Position numbers and translations under genes: made by a program. From the NCBI GenBank assembly GCA_030167865.1, contig JALAGF010002523.1:1-48646 (forward strand): a DNA stretch of 48,646 nucleotides. The letters are read 5' to 3'. Positions 1-11,977 of this stretch are shown piece after piece (positions within the stretch are counted from its first letter, which is position 1; the number at the start of each line of letters is the position of its first letter). This DNA is from Craspedostauros australis. Lineage: Eukaryota. The notes beneath the pieces are model-generated. The model had not been told where the DNA came from, did no database searches, and saw nothing but the letters and a program-made list of their open reading frames with translations.

Positions 1-2335
1 CCACAACTCTGGATCTCGACAACTGATCCACAGCCCAGATAAAGCAGCAACTTCAGCATGCCTACTGCCACTGCCCAATCCTCGACATTGTTTCGCAACA
101 ACCCGCCTCACCCACGCGAAATGTGAGTGTGTCGATAAAGGACACGACTGGACATTGGTCGAAACACGACTGAGAATTTCGAATCCAAGTCGCCCCTCTA
201 CGTTCGCATGCCTCACGTGTTTAGTCGTAGACTAATGCGAAAAATATAAACTTTTTAACTACAAGGCCCAGAAGCTTGTAACTTAACCCATATACTATCT
301 ACAACATAATAGGATGATTAAAGTAAAAATATTAAAAATCCGCATTTGTATACTATCGTATCCTGAATGGGGTCATACGCGAAGTGAAGCGACTTGAGCA
401 AGAAGCGCTAACGTATCCCATGTGTACCATGTATAGCTCACGGCTCGTGGGGCTCGTCCGCTTACATAGCTCACCTTTGTAGGCAGTACCAACCCTGCAC
501 ATGATGCAACTCCCTACGACTTCGCGAACGAGTGAGAACACAGTATTCTGAACATCGGCAGAGCGTGGGAAGAGCTGGTCTGCTCATGATCACAAGCGGC
601 ACCACAGCCATCCGCACTTCACCATAGTAGTCATCCCAACCAAAGCTCTATCAGCCCCAGCAGGCTATCATCACTGAATTTCTCGATGACTATCGCCTTC
701 GTGAATCAGCGCTGTGCACTGCATTGCCTTGTGCGAGGGAGAATCACAGGCGAGCCCCTTCGCACGGCGATGACTCAGTCCAAACCAATGGCACAGACGA
801 ACACTGAATTTCATGTCATCTTCCCTCTCTCTGTCTGTCTTCGTATTCTTCTGGCGCTCATCAAAGAGTTGTTTCCTTGGGGAGTCCAGCACTTCCCTTC
901 ATTGACCATGTCGCGACAACGAATCTCACGTTCCGATCACCTGCATCACGCTCATCCATGCTCACCACGCACACCACGCACACCACGCAAGGTTCGTTCC
1001 ACACCAACATCGTATCTATTCTCGGAAGATTGGAGGCCAGTGATGATTCCCATCTCAACGTGCGAGGTTTGTCATGATTCCCACAGAAACACACAACTTC
1101 CAACTATCCAGATCAACGAATGATCAAATTTGGTGGACGCATCTGCCATGAGATAGCGCCTCTCCATTCCCAAGAGCAAACAGCCGACGAAGATGTTGCC
1201 TTTCTGTTCAACGAAGATTCTGACGCATCGCTCGGACACGTTATGCTGTCCAACATTCAGAGCGCCTCCAAGGAGCTTTTTGCTTTGTCTTTCTGTCCGA
1301 ATCTCCACGATGTGCTTTATGCATAGTCCTCTGCGAATGCCATACGTGCCTCTCGAGGACTGCTGTCTTTGTCCCTCTAGAGATTACTAGTCGTACTGCA
1401 CGTATACAGAGTATAGAGTCAGAGTACCAACTCTATGTCAGAGGAGATCACAACAGATTGTTGGGGGAGTGAGAATCCGAATAGTCGTACAATAGCACGT
1501 GTGGGTATGTGAGCGCGTGGATGTGGATGGGTTCCCTGGCAAACACCTTCACAATGACCAACGCGTGCCACCGATGGCGACGATGACGACGATGGCGGCT
1601 GCGATGTGGACGAACACAATGAGAATCAGAACTTCGTATCTGTGCATTGGAGAGATTCTCCTCAATTGCTTCCTCCTTCACTCGTGCGCTGCTCGTCTCG
1701 TTGTTTGACGGTCCTGTGATGTAGTAATACCGGATGTGACACACTAGTGGTAGATGTTGCTGCTACTGTCGCAAGCGTTCCCCAGAGCATCTTCCACCGT
1801 CAAAGTCGACAATGCCGCCAGTATGATCAACATCGCCGATTGCTGCAACATCTCCCAAACTCGTACAACCTCGTGTTCATGAGAGTATGGATACGACCAT
1901 GCATGGTGACGCACTCGCAAGATGACATGCATTTGAAGAACAGATATTGTGAGCAGCTGTTATGTGGTGTGCTATCGAATGTTATCATTTCCCCTTGACT
2001 CATTCTGTGCTGTTGTTGTTGTTGTTGTTGCTGCTGCTGCTACTCCCATTGCCACCATCATGTCATTGCGCAAGCATGGTAGTATGGCAGAGCGATGGTG
2101 CGATGCAGTTCTGGTTTTAGCTGTGCCGTTGCTGCTGCTGCTGTGCCTTGTGTGATGAATTGTGTGTTGCTGCAATCAAAAGTTTGCCACAACCCTGCTG
2201 TTATTGAAGGCCCTCCGACCATGCATGCGTTTGTGCATTCATTGATCGACGGCCCACTTCCCTGCCCTGCCCTGTCATGCTCCATTCTGTGCTTGCTAGC
2301 CAGAATACCCGCTGCGGATATGCGCGTAGGTATGC

Positions 2336-4783
2336 TTATCCGTGCAGACGGCCCCACACCTTCTCGAAGAAGACACGGCGCCACCCTGGCTCCATCCTTG
2401 GAGATCGACCCTTCTCGATCTTCAGCTGCACGAGACGGTCCTTCACTTGGTCCGGACACTTCCTGCACTTCAGCACGTGAGCGTGGATGTTCTGGCTCGT
2501 GGAGTTGGTCGAAAAGCTCTTGGACGAGACCGGGAAGTACTTGCCAAGACCGGCGTGGCCGTTGCAGTGGCGGCATTGGAAGCCGGGGTATCCCACCGGG
2601 CCCTTCGAGCGGGCCACGAAGCGGTCAGCCTCAGTGAATCGGCATGGCTCCACCTGCCGCATGAGGTAGTAGACGTACGGCGGGATGGCGTCGACGTCGG
2701 ATGGGAAGACGATGTACTCGCCCGAGTCTTCCGCGGATGTCTCCTGGGTCAGGACGTCTTGCATCTCGGACGCGGCCGAATCCTTGGACAAGGAGGGGAC
2801 AAGGATTGCGGCAGATGATGGCCACGTTCTGTTCGCTTCCGCAATATTCCTGTGCGTTGCCAGGGTTGGCGGTGCGATGGAATTTCTACCCGGAGAGCCG
2901 ATTGCCATGGTGCGCATGGGGATCTTGGCTCCCATCTTGGCCAGCGCCTCTTCGCGGACGATCTCCTTTGGGTCCTTGCTGAAGCGGATACCATCGGGCG
3001 TGTCGATCATGCCCAGCGCCCGGGCCGAATCGGCCCAGTACTGGCGGGTGGTTGGCACCCACTCGTTGTTGTTGACGAGCGTGGTGAGCCTTTCGCGGAT
3101 CGGAGGCGGCACCATGGGGCAGACGCCCAGGTGGACCTTCTGCCAGCGCTTGACGGACTCGTAGATGCCACCGAGGCTGGTGGGGAAGGACACTGCGGCG
3201 ATGCCCTTCTCGGTTGGCGGAAGGTGCTTGCAGAAGCAGCACTGGATGCCCACCTGGCTGAGGCTGATGCGGCCGCGCTTGGACGTGCGCGCCACGTGGT
3301 CCTCAGTCGCGGTGAAAACTTCGATGCATTCCTTGCGAATGTAGCAGTTCAGCTCGGACAGCCACTCCTGGTCGGGCCCGTCCAGTGCCATGCACATGGA
3401 GCCGGAGAAGCATGTTCTGGGGCCCTTGGCCGTCATGACGGAATGGGACGAGGAGGAGGACGTCGTCGTCTTGGCGGATTCCATGGACTCGTGTGACATG
3501 GTGTTTCGAATCTCAGAGATAAGCTTGCTCTGCTGACCCATCAGGGGCCGGTGCAACCTGTTCGCGGCGTGTCCCTCCCGGACATTGTCGCGCTCGGATG
3601 GCTTGAAGTAGAGCTTGCAGATCTCCTCGTGGACGCAGGCCGCCTCGAAGGTGTGAAAGGCAGCGACGTTGCAGTAGTCGCAAATCCATTGCGAAGGGTT
3701 GTGATTCAGCGCCGGTTGCATGAGCCGCGAGGGCGGCGCCATGAATCGCGTTCGCTGCGCCCAACGCTGCGGAGATGCCGATGATGGTGGGATGGCATGG
3801 TGGGGGTGCATGTGGTGGTGGGCAGGATGCCCGTTGGGCCGCCCGTGCGGCGGTGCGTGCATGTGAGGATGCTCACCACGGAACGGTTGTTGTGAAGGAT
3901 GGTGGTGGAGGTGATGCATGTGGGCATGCGGCGTCATTTGGCCGCGCGGGCTGACAAAAGGATGCTGGCGTGATGCCACCATAGACGTTGGCGCAGCCCC
4001 TGGCGGAGGAGGCGGTGGGAGGGACATGTGGTGGCCGCGGGGCATTTGTGGTGGAGTCATGTTTCCACGGCCGTGCAGAGCTGCTGCTGCTGGGTTACCC
4101 ATGAAGCGTCTGTGCGGTGAATGCGTCGCGGCTGTGGGCATGAAGGCACCGCGACGACCAGCTGCATGGAACATGGGGGTTTGCGGCGTGACGAGAGATG
4201 GATGAGGCGCGGCGGCGTCGTCGTCGTCGCCACCATCCCTTGGTGCATTGGCGCCGTCGTCATCACGAGATGGGACTGGTGAGTCTTCCATGAGCTGGCC
4301 GTCACCTTCCTCCTTGGTCTGGGGGTGGAAGTGGACCCGCCGGCTTGCGGTTGACTGCGCGCATTGGGGCAGCGATTCCACGGACATGTCTGCCTTCGGC
4401 GATCTCGTCTCCCAGGATGCTGATGCGGCAACCCGAATGCCATCATCTTCCCCTCGTTCCTGAGTCTTGTCGCGGCTCTCGTCCTCTTCGACCTTGGTGG
4501 TCTCCCCGTTCCCGTTTCTAGCCCCCGCTTGCGAGCCGCCGGGCTGGTTGTACTTGCTGTTGGGGCTCAGGGCAGCCAGAGACGCCAAGGCCATGGCCGA
4601 CGCAAGCTCGATGTCTGGCTTGTTGGGCTTTGATTGCTTCGTGTCCTTGAGGATGACCTCGGACTCGTCGGACACCTTGCGGCGCTTGGTCAGCGGCGGC
4701 TTCGGACTAGCACCTCGCATTCGCTTGGAGCTTGCATCCTCGGAGGCCATTCCAACAGCAACGGTGGCGGCATCTGCTGTCAT
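2336..4783 (-). CDS. Putative Zn-binding nuclear/regulatory protein (~815 aa) with a C2HC-like finger and two tandem Cys/His domains
   Basis: Part of ORF 2336..5248. The likely start is the ATG at 4783 (MTADAA), because upstream the frame runs through microsatellites. Basic NLS-like KPPLTKRRK, Pro/His-rich low-complexity region, WICDYC..HEEIC, and two related domains (VGIQCCFC..FP..HLGVCP and PGFQCRHC..FP..HVLKCRKCP). Confidence 0.75.
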   Translation of the reverse strand: MTADAATVAVGMASEDASSKRMRGASPKPPLTKRRKVSDESEVILKDTKQSKPNKPDIELASAMALASLAALSPNSKYNQPGGSQAGARNGNGETTKVEEDESRDKTQERGEDDGIRVAASASWETRSPKADMSVESLPQCAQSTASRRVHFHPQTKEEGDGQLMEDSPVPSRDDDGANAPRDGGDDDDAAAPHPSLVTPQTPMFHAAGRRGAFMPTAATHSPHRRFMGNPAAAALHGRGNMTPPQMPRGHHMSLPPPPPPGAAPTSMVASRQHPFVSPRGQMTPHAHMHHLHHHPSQQPFRGEHPHMHAPPHGRPNGHPAHHHMHPHHAIPPSSASPQRWAQRTRFMAPPSRLMQPALNHNPSQWICDYCNVAAFHTFEAACVHEEICKLYFKPSERDNVREGHAANRLHRPLMGQQSKLISEIRNTMSHESMESAKTTTSSSSSHSVMTAKGPRTCFSGSMCMALDGPDQEWLSELNCYIRKECIEVFTATEDHVARTSKRGRISLSQVGIQCCFCKHLPPTEKGIAAVSFPTSLGGIYESVKRWQKVHLGVCPMVPPPIRERLTTLVNNNEWVPTTRQYWADSARALGMIDTPDGIRFSKDPKEIVREEALAKMGAKIPMRTMAIGSPGRNSIAPPTLATHRNIAEANRTWPSSAAILVPSLSKDSAASEMQDVLTQETSAEDSGEYIVFPSDVDAIPPYVYYLMRQVEPCRFTEADRFVARSKGPVGYPGFQCRHCNGHAGLGKYFPVSSKSFSTNSTSQNIHAHVLKCRKCPDQVKDRLVQLKIEKGRSPRMEPGWRRVFFEKVWGRLHG

Positions 4784-4796
4784 GCTGCTTGGCTGG

Positions 4797-5030
4797 AGAG
4801 AGAGAGAGAGAGAGCGGGGTGGAGTGCAGTGCAGCGAAGTCGAGTGGAGTACGTGGAGGTGATGTGTATGATATGGAAGTACAGAGTAGTAGAGCGGTTG
4901 ATTCGATGCTCTTATTGTGGACGGTGATCGATGGACGATGGGATCAATTTTGTGCACAATTGGGAGAGAGGATGTGCTCGGTTTGTTTGTGGTTGTGTGG
5001 TTGTGTGGTTGTGTGGTTGTATGGTTGTGG
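4797..5030. repeat. Microsatellites (GA)n and (GTTGTGTG)n upstream of the start codon
   Basis: GA run at ~4797-4813; GTTGTGTG-like units at ~4990-5030. Confidence 0.8.
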
Positions 5031-6488
5031 AGGTGCGTGACAGCAGCAGCAACGTGGCCTGTACAACGATGTATGGCAGAGTACAAGGTTCGGCTGCAAG
5101 CAATGGAGTGTGAGTGTGCAAGAGCTCGCTGCGCTTGTTTTGGAAAAATCTCACACAACGACAACAGCAAACACACCAGCAACAGTGACAACCGAACCCA
5201 AACAAAGCCCACACCACGACACGACACGACACAACACATCGCAACCAACCAACATTTGACGATGGATTCAACCGAAGATTTTTGGATTTACGGAAGAGCT
5301 GCGCCATCGTCAATCTGGCGAATGCCTGTTTGCCTTGTTGCGATGCGCGTTGTCGGCAGTCAAAGCACGATGGTGCGTTAGATTCAAATTTTGTTGTGCG
5401 GTCGTCATCAAGCAACTCCGTGACGGCGATCGCGAAATTGTGAGCTCACAAGAAAATCAATCGCGCACTCCAACGGCCACCGGGCGTGTCGCTGCGACCA
5501 ATGACATCCTCACGTTTCGTCCTTATTTAGACGCGCGCGGTGCGATGCCCATGGCGCACCCAAAATGATGTGCACCATGATGGGGATTCTCACAAGAAAC
5601 GACGGCGCGGCGGTGAGCGATGTTGCTGACAAACATGTCTCCCTGTGCGGACCCATCATAAATCTAGCATTCAACTTGTCTCCCATCTTCCGAGTTGTTT
5701 CCAACGTCTCAAGGTTTCGACAAAATTCAAGTCCAACTCAGCGCCCACTATGTCACATTCAGCGGTCGGAAGTGCGCAGAAGAAACATGTGACATCGGAT
5801 TCATGCCAGTCAGCCACACACAACCTTTCGCATCAACGTGCTCCCAGCTCCCAATGACTCATCTCACATTCATGTTTCGGAGAAGAAGACAGGAGAAGGA
5901 GTGTCACCGGATGAGGCGCAAGAGGTGTAGGAGTAGGAGCGGATCTCTCTAGCCCGTTTATCAGAGTCGTCACCTGCAGTTTCCTTTCGTTGGTATCAGT
6001 CGGCACATGATCTTCGGTATGATGAGTGAGCCTACTCCGCGAGTACTCTATTCCACTCTATTCTACCCCACGCAAATGTGATCAATCTTTGGCATCTTGG
6101 CATTGCCGGAAAAGCTCGAGCGGGACCTGCTCGTACGTATCTGCCGATGCGGCTGTCTTCTTTCGTTGCTCCCTCCTGCACGGGTGCGGTGAGCCACCGC
6201 CAACCAGGTGGATAGAACTGGCTCCCAACAGCGTCGCGAGTGCGAATGCATGTGCCAGCTACAACTTGAATGCGGATTATGGTCTCGGACGCAAGCATTC
6301 AATTGATACGTTGTTGTGGGCAATACAGATGGTACAAGTGATTGATGCTGGGGTATTCGAGTGTTCTATTGCTATTCTTGTTGTTGTTGTTGCTGCTGCT
6401 GGGTCCATCAACTGCTATACGATGCTCGCATGTACCGTGGGCATCACAACCAGACAGGAGGCGCTGCAGACTATCGTGCTCCGTCTCA

Positions 6489-8192
6489 TTATGCCGCTGC
6501 TGTGGCTGCACCAGCATCCGCTAACGCCAATGTCACCACTTCTTGCGCGGCTGTGCCTCCTTGCGCATCCACGGGTGAAGCCTTGGCCATGGACTCAATG
6601 AAATCGAACCAATAATTCTTCGTGAGGCGCTCCCACTGGTATGACTGCGACTCCTTGGCGATAATCTTGGCGTACTCTCTCTCCAGCAATGCTGGCGTGA
6701 TATCCTCCACGTGTTCCACCCACAGCACCGGCAATCCGTCGAACGTTCGTCGCCAGCCATCATGCGGGCGTTCGTAGCGCTCGATGATGGGGATCGTCAT
6801 CATCATCAAGGCATCCCATATGCGGTAGGAATCCCAACCCAAGCCCGATGGGCAGAGGATGAATTTGGATCGCGCCAACTCCTCCATGTAGAGGTGATTC
6901 CGTTGTGTTTGGCTCGCAGGACAGGACGAGGCCTGGTCTTTGCTTTTGGTCTTGGCTCCGCCGCGGCAGTAGGTGTTGGTCATGTTCGAATATCCCGCTT
7001 CTGCGAAGTTGTGAATGACCCGCGCGGACATGGCTGCTCGGTGTTGCCAACCGCTGTCGTTGATCATGAGCAACTGCGTCTTCTTCGGCGTTGGTTTGGT
7101 GATTCCATTCTGTCCGTGCAGCCATGTGCCTGTGTAAATCCTGAAGAGCGCCTCCTTCATGCCGAGAGGGATCGAGTGGGCCTTGGGGTGATCGATTCCA
7201 TGATGCTGCGTCGTGACGAATCCAAGCATGTTGGGGTGATCCAGATACTCCATGGCTTCTTCGCGCGAGCAAAGTCCATCGCGGTTGGCCCATGCATCCG
7301 GTCCAGTGCCGTAGTAATAGTTCTTTGTCCGGTTGTGGACATACACGCTGAGCGCACCGACGTTCTCGTCGAATTGGGACAGCATCACGTGTCGCTTGAC
7401 CGAACCGTACCTCTTGAAGTCTCGGACAGATAGGCACATCCCCATCGAGCCGGTGTAAATGTACGGGTGCATCGAGGTCTTCCAGATGTTCTCCCGCACT
7501 GCAGGATCGCCAGGAGTACTGTACCTAAGCTGCTTGAACTCCTGGCGCTCCTTGAAAGGATCGAGGCCTTTGGGATGCTTGGGCCACACGATTCCGGTTT
7601 CTTTGGTGATGATGTTGCGAAAGTGACTCCACGTATTGAGGTAGAATGCATCAATATCTTTCTGCGAGACAGACTCGTAGGGCTGTTGCTGATCTTCGAT
7701 CGGCGCACTCAGGCTCGAAGATATTTGCATGGGAGCTCCTCCATCAACATTCACCTCAGGTGATGACTGTTGATCAGCAACTTCCATGACAGCATCCTCG
7801 ATCGGTTCACCACTGTTGGCTTGGTGCAGATCCATGTTGTCCACATCAGCAGCAGCATCAGCAGCAGCAGCGGTAGCCGCAGGAACTCCAGTATCCGAAT
7901 CAAGACTGAAGGAAAGATGATCCGAGCTGCGCGTGCGCGGCTTGGGTCGCAGCGCGGGTGTGTCCTTATCGTAGAACGACGACACGAAGACAAGCAGCGC
8001 GCAGATCCCAACAATGAGGAAGAGGGCGATCGTGTTCGGCAGTCGGATCTTGCGCCTAGGGTGCTTGGACTCGTCCGCGGTGCCTCGGGAACCGCCACTG
8101 ACGGACCCGGACCGACCAGGGGTATCGCCTGCACGTCGTTTGTGGACCATGGGGAACGTCGACGGCGTGCTTCTTCGGTTCATCTGTTTCAT
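6489..8192 (-). CDS. Type II membrane exostosin/GT47-like glycosyltransferase
   Basis: Long ORF, first ATG at 8192. Short basic N-tail, one TM segment (IALFLIVGICALLVFVSSF), a stem region and the GT47-like motif SKFILCPSGLGWDSYRIWDALMMMTIPII. Confidence 0.75.
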   Translation of the reverse strand: MKQMNRRSTPSTFPMVHKRRAGDTPGRSGSVSGGSRGTADESKHPRRKIRLPNTIALFLIVGICALLVFVSSFYDKDTPALRPKPRTRSSDHLSFSLDSDTGVPAATAAAADAAADVDNMDLHQANSGEPIEDAVMEVADQQSSPEVNVDGGAPMQISSSLSAPIEDQQQPYESVSQKDIDAFYLNTWSHFRNIITKETGIVWPKHPKGLDPFKERQEFKQLRYSTPGDPAVRENIWKTSMHPYIYTGSMGMCLSVRDFKRYGSVKRHVMLSQFDENVGALSVYVHNRTKNYYYGTGPDAWANRDGLCSREEAMEYLDHPNMLGFVTTQHHGIDHPKAHSIPLGMKEALFRIYTGTWLHGQNGITKPTPKKTQLLMINDSGWQHRAAMSARVIHNFAEAGYSNMTNTYCRGGAKTKSKDQASSCPASQTQRNHLYMEELARSKFILCPSGLGWDSYRIWDALMMMTIPIIERYERPHDGWRRTFDGLPVLWVEHVEDITPALLEREYAKIIAKESQSYQWERLTKNYWFDFIESMAKASPVDAQGGTAAQEVVTLALADAGAATAAA

Positions 8193-9380
8193 TACGCACG
8201 CGGATCGTCCCCAAGGTCCCAAGCTAGGCTATTCGGTATGGGGAATGCAGCTGCTCTGTATTCCGGAGTGTCCTCGTGGTATTCGCGCCCTGTCTCTGCA
8301 CCTCCTCTCTATGCGGCTGTGCTCGCAGAGTAGTCCTAGTGCTTTCTCAGAGGCTTTCTCGGTAATCCTCTCAGCGATTCCCTCAGTGATTGCCTCCAAC
8401 TGCCTCTCCAAGCTGGCTGCTCTATGCTCTATGCTCTATACCCTACACTCTATTCTAATGCTGCTGGAAGGCAATGTCGAGAGCGATTGAATATAATGCA
8501 GCACGAATGAGGAGAAGGAACCGTCGACGACAGATGCACAGCAGCAGGAAGCCTCCTCGTTGATGGTGATTGTGCCTCTGTTTCCTCTTTTGAGTCTGGT
8601 GTTGGAGGCAGTACGAACTAACCACGGAAGCAATTTCGCGTGTTGTCGCTGTTCGTGCGGCGATGTCCGCCATGGCGATCGTTGCAACAAGACACAAAAA
8701 CAGGCATTTCTGTGTCTCCATTTGCACGTGGCGATTGTTGCCAGAAATCAGGCCTCGTTAACGGACGGACTACTACGAGCCTGAAGAAGTACCTTGACAA
8801 GGAAGGAAGTATCGAAGTAGTACCTAGAATTCCATAAGGTACCGTAAAAAGTGGAATCACATTGAATCTTAATTTATGAATTTACCGCCGATACAATTAT
8901 AACGTCTATTGACAAAGACGTTATTTTGAAGACCGGCCGGATCGTTGGAACACGATTGAATCATAGCGTGTCCTTTACAGGACCAATGTGAATTGATCGT
9001 ATGAGTCGTACGTGCCTCCTCATGACATTCCAAATTTGTCATGACAATGAAGCGCTTCCACAAATGACATTTCGTTTCAATGAGTCCGTTCAGTCGTCTT
9101 CAAAACGCTCAATCGTGACTCGACTGGCCAAGCATTCTTGGAAGCGACGCGTTTTCGTGATGCAAAGCGGCAACAAGATCATCTTTCCCGTGCATCACCA
9201 AAAGCACAAGAAGCAACAGTTGGATGGAGACCGCAGATCTTTCTTTGAATTCGTCCGTACTCGGCGTGAATGTACATACGACCCCAGGTGTGTTCATTGG
9301 ACACAACAAAACCACTCTATGGCGCATGCACTGAAAGGCTTGGCATGCTCGTCCATACACAAAGCGATACTGCAGCAACC

Positions 9381-9971
9381 ATGGCATTCAACAACTTCTT
9401 CCTTCTTTGCTGCGTCGCGACGGCCGCTTTCCTGCTCGTGCTGCCCCAGGCCGATGCCTTCCAGGCGGCTCGTTTGACGAGCCATCGGGCTGTCGTCCCT
9501 TCGGCAATGACATCGGCAATGCCGTCTGCTTCGATCCTTCGCCCACGCAAGGATGTCGCATCCGCCTTGCAGGCCGCCAACGATGGTGACGATGATTCCT
9601 TCTTGCCTGAGCTCGCGGAATCCGACCAGCTCCTCTTGGGCGGCCTTGGGACCTTCGCCGCCTTGGTCACCTTCTACTCCGAATTCACATTGAAGACAAC
9701 AGGATGCGGACTGCCCGCAGGTCCATTCGGGTTGGTCGGACTGGTGGAAGGCCTTAGCTATCTGGGCGTCACCGGAGTCGCCGCATTCTCCTTGGTGACG
9801 AAGGTCAAGACCGGAGAAGGATTGCCAGCGGGACCGTCCGGTCTGCTGGGTGCTGCCGAAGGGTTGTCGTACCTTGCCATCGTTGCTGGCTTGGTGGTTC
9901 TGGTGTTGCAGATCACCAACTTTGGTTACGTCCCCAACGCCGTGCCGATGGAGGGTGGGATGTGCAGTTAG
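9381..9971 (+). CDS. Plastid-targeted conserved membrane protein with an internal duplication (196 aa)
   Basis: Signal peptide ending ADA-FQ, followed by a Ser/Ala/Arg-rich transit peptide. Three hydrophobic segments and the repeated motif TGxGLPAGPxGLxGxxEGLSYL. From memory it resembles plant At3g50685-type plastid proteins (not verified). Confidence 0.75.
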   Translation: MAFNNFFLLCCVATAAFLLVLPQADAFQAARLTSHRAVVPSAMTSAMPSASILRPRKDVASALQAANDGDDDSFLPELAESDQLLLGGLGTFAALVTFYSEFTLKTTGCGLPAGPFGLVGLVEGLSYLGVTGVAAFSLVTKVKTGEGLPAGPSGLLGAAEGLSYLAIVAGLVVLVLQITNFGYVPNAVPMEGGMCS

Positions 9972-10619
9972 AACATCCGTACTGCTCGTACGAGTAATGC
10001 CGTTCTTGCGGCCAGATGGGATCTTCGAGGCGACGCTGAACCGAGCATGCAAGCGATGGAACACTCAGATGGGCGTACGAACAAAGAAGGGAGTGCATAC
10101 CGATGCACTATGAAGATGCAGTCCGAATGCTGCATGGACACAGGATGGTACGGATGCGCAGGCCTCGAATCTCGATTGCGTGATGTAATAGAACTTTAGA
10201 AGAAGAGGAAGCATTTTGAGCATGGACTCCAGTGTCGCTGCTGTAACATACTATTGTTCTCTCTCTCTCTCTCTCTTGAGCATTCTGCGATGACAGCAGG
10301 GACATGCGTGCTGTAATGTGCTGCTTCGAGTCGAGTCGAGCAGAGTGAAGCATGGTGGAGTGCTCTACAACCAGTCTACTCCGGAGTGGAGTCGCGTAAG
10401 GTGTTGATTCGAATCCTGTGGAAAACCGGAGATTCGAATGACCCCAACAGTAATGACGCACGCATTGCACCCATCAAAGTTCTCAAAAATGAGGACCGAA
10501 ACAACAAGGCACACAAGCCGCCCATCCACTTCAGCTCGACCTGACGATAGCGACCCAATCCTCGTTTGCAATACAATCGCACCCACTTGCACGAGTACTC
10601 GTAGCTGAACAGCAAGACA

Positions 10620-11630
10620 ATGACAGGAGCCGCACAATCCCACCCGAGAAGCACGGCGGCGATGGCCGCTGTGGCTGGAGCTGCCGTCACATCCATCGCC
10701 TGGTACCTGCATCAAAGGGCAGCCAGCGACGCGAACAAGCGATCAGAGACCATCCCAGCCGAGCTGCAGAAATGCAAGTACGCGGCCGAGCTCACGCTGG
10801 CAGTCGCCATGGCGATCCGCACAGGAAACAACATGGTGGGCTTCGCCAACGCCAAGGGAACGCTGACAGAGGACACGTTCAACCTGGGCATCGAAACCAA
10901 GTCTGGTGATGCCGACTTCTGCACCAAGGTTGACATCGAAAACGAGGAGTACATCATGGCTCAGATCCAAAAGGCCTTCCCCTCCCACAAGATCATCGGA
11001 GAGGAAACCACGGGAACGGGCGAAATCGATGCTCTCACACACACGGCCACCTGGATCATCGATCCCATCGATGGCACCACCAACTTCGCGTCCGGCATCC
11101 CCCTTACCTGCGTCAGCATCGGGCTGTGTGTTAACAAGGTCCCTGTCATGGGTGTCATTTACGCACCACTCACAAAGGAGCTCTACATGGCGGTCACGGG
11201 TTGCGGTGCCTATCGCAACGGCGATCACATCGCGCAGCGATTCACCTCCAAGCCATTGAACCAGGCGGTCATCTGCTGCGAATTCGGATACCCGAGAGAC
11301 AAGCCCTCCATCCAAAAGATGGTGGGCGCCGTGGAACGGATCATGGAGAACGGATGCCGCGCCATCCGGCAGCTTGGAAGTGGCTGCTTGGATTTGGCGT
11401 ACGTGGCAACTGGCCGGCTGGATGTCGTTTACGCTGGAGTGGCTGGCGAAGGGTGGAAGCCATGGGACTATGCTGCTGGTGTCGTCCTCCTGCAGGAATC
11501 AGGATGCCTGATCGAGGGTATTCCAGAAGAAACGCGCGGTGCTCCATTCGATCTCTACTCCACGTCATTGATCGCCGCAGGAAGTCGCGAACTGTTGGAT
11601 GAATGTCGAAAGATCGTCACCAACAAGTAG
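10620..11630 (+). CDS. IMPA: Inositol monophosphatase family protein
   Basis: Signature motifs GEE, WIIDPIDGTTNF, GS(G)CLDLAYVATG and WDYAAG. Short hydrophobic N-terminal segment. Confidence 0.92.
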   Translation: MTGAAQSHPRSTAAMAAVAGAAVTSIAWYLHQRAASDANKRSETIPAELQKCKYAAELTLAVAMAIRTGNNMVGFANAKGTLTEDTFNLGIETKSGDADFCTKVDIENEEYIMAQIQKAFPSHKIIGEETTGTGEIDALTHTATWIIDPIDGTTNFASGIPLTCVSIGLCVNKVPVMGVIYAPLTKELYMAVTGCGAYRNGDHIAQRFTSKPLNQAVICCEFGYPRDKPSIQKMVGAVERIMENGCRAIRQLGSGCLDLAYVATGRLDVVYAGVAGEGWKPWDYAAGVVLLQESGCLIEGIPEETRGAPFDLYSTSLIAAGSRELLDECRKIVTNK

Positions 11631-11977
11631 CTCGCAGATAGAGTAATCAATCCGAGCGACGTGGCATGTGAAGACTCTGGCCGATTGCGGTGCACAAGCC
11701 AAGGCATAAGCGTCCAGGCAAACCGGCAATTCAACTCATGGTACAACGGTATCAGGGTTTTCTTCGCGTCCAGCAAGTGCTGTGCCATGATAGACACAAG
11801 TAATGCGATCGACGACACGGAAACCATGCAACTCTGCCTCGTCTCCACACAAGTGTTTGATACACTCCTATTGTACATTAGTATTGCACATACTAAAGAG
11901 TAGTCGTCCGCATGTATCCGTACAGCATCACTATAGACTACTCGCATTACATCTACGAGCTACAATTACGACGGTGC

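Noticed and set aside
680-1400. Short ORFs with faint ankyrin-like wording (CVRIFVEQKG)
   Set aside because: No convincing repeat consensus or continuous frame. It may be a decayed gene but cannot be supported.
4784-5248. Upstream 155-codon extension of the 970-aa ORF
   Set aside because: Non-ATG start, and it runs through microsatellites typical of UTR or promoter DNA.
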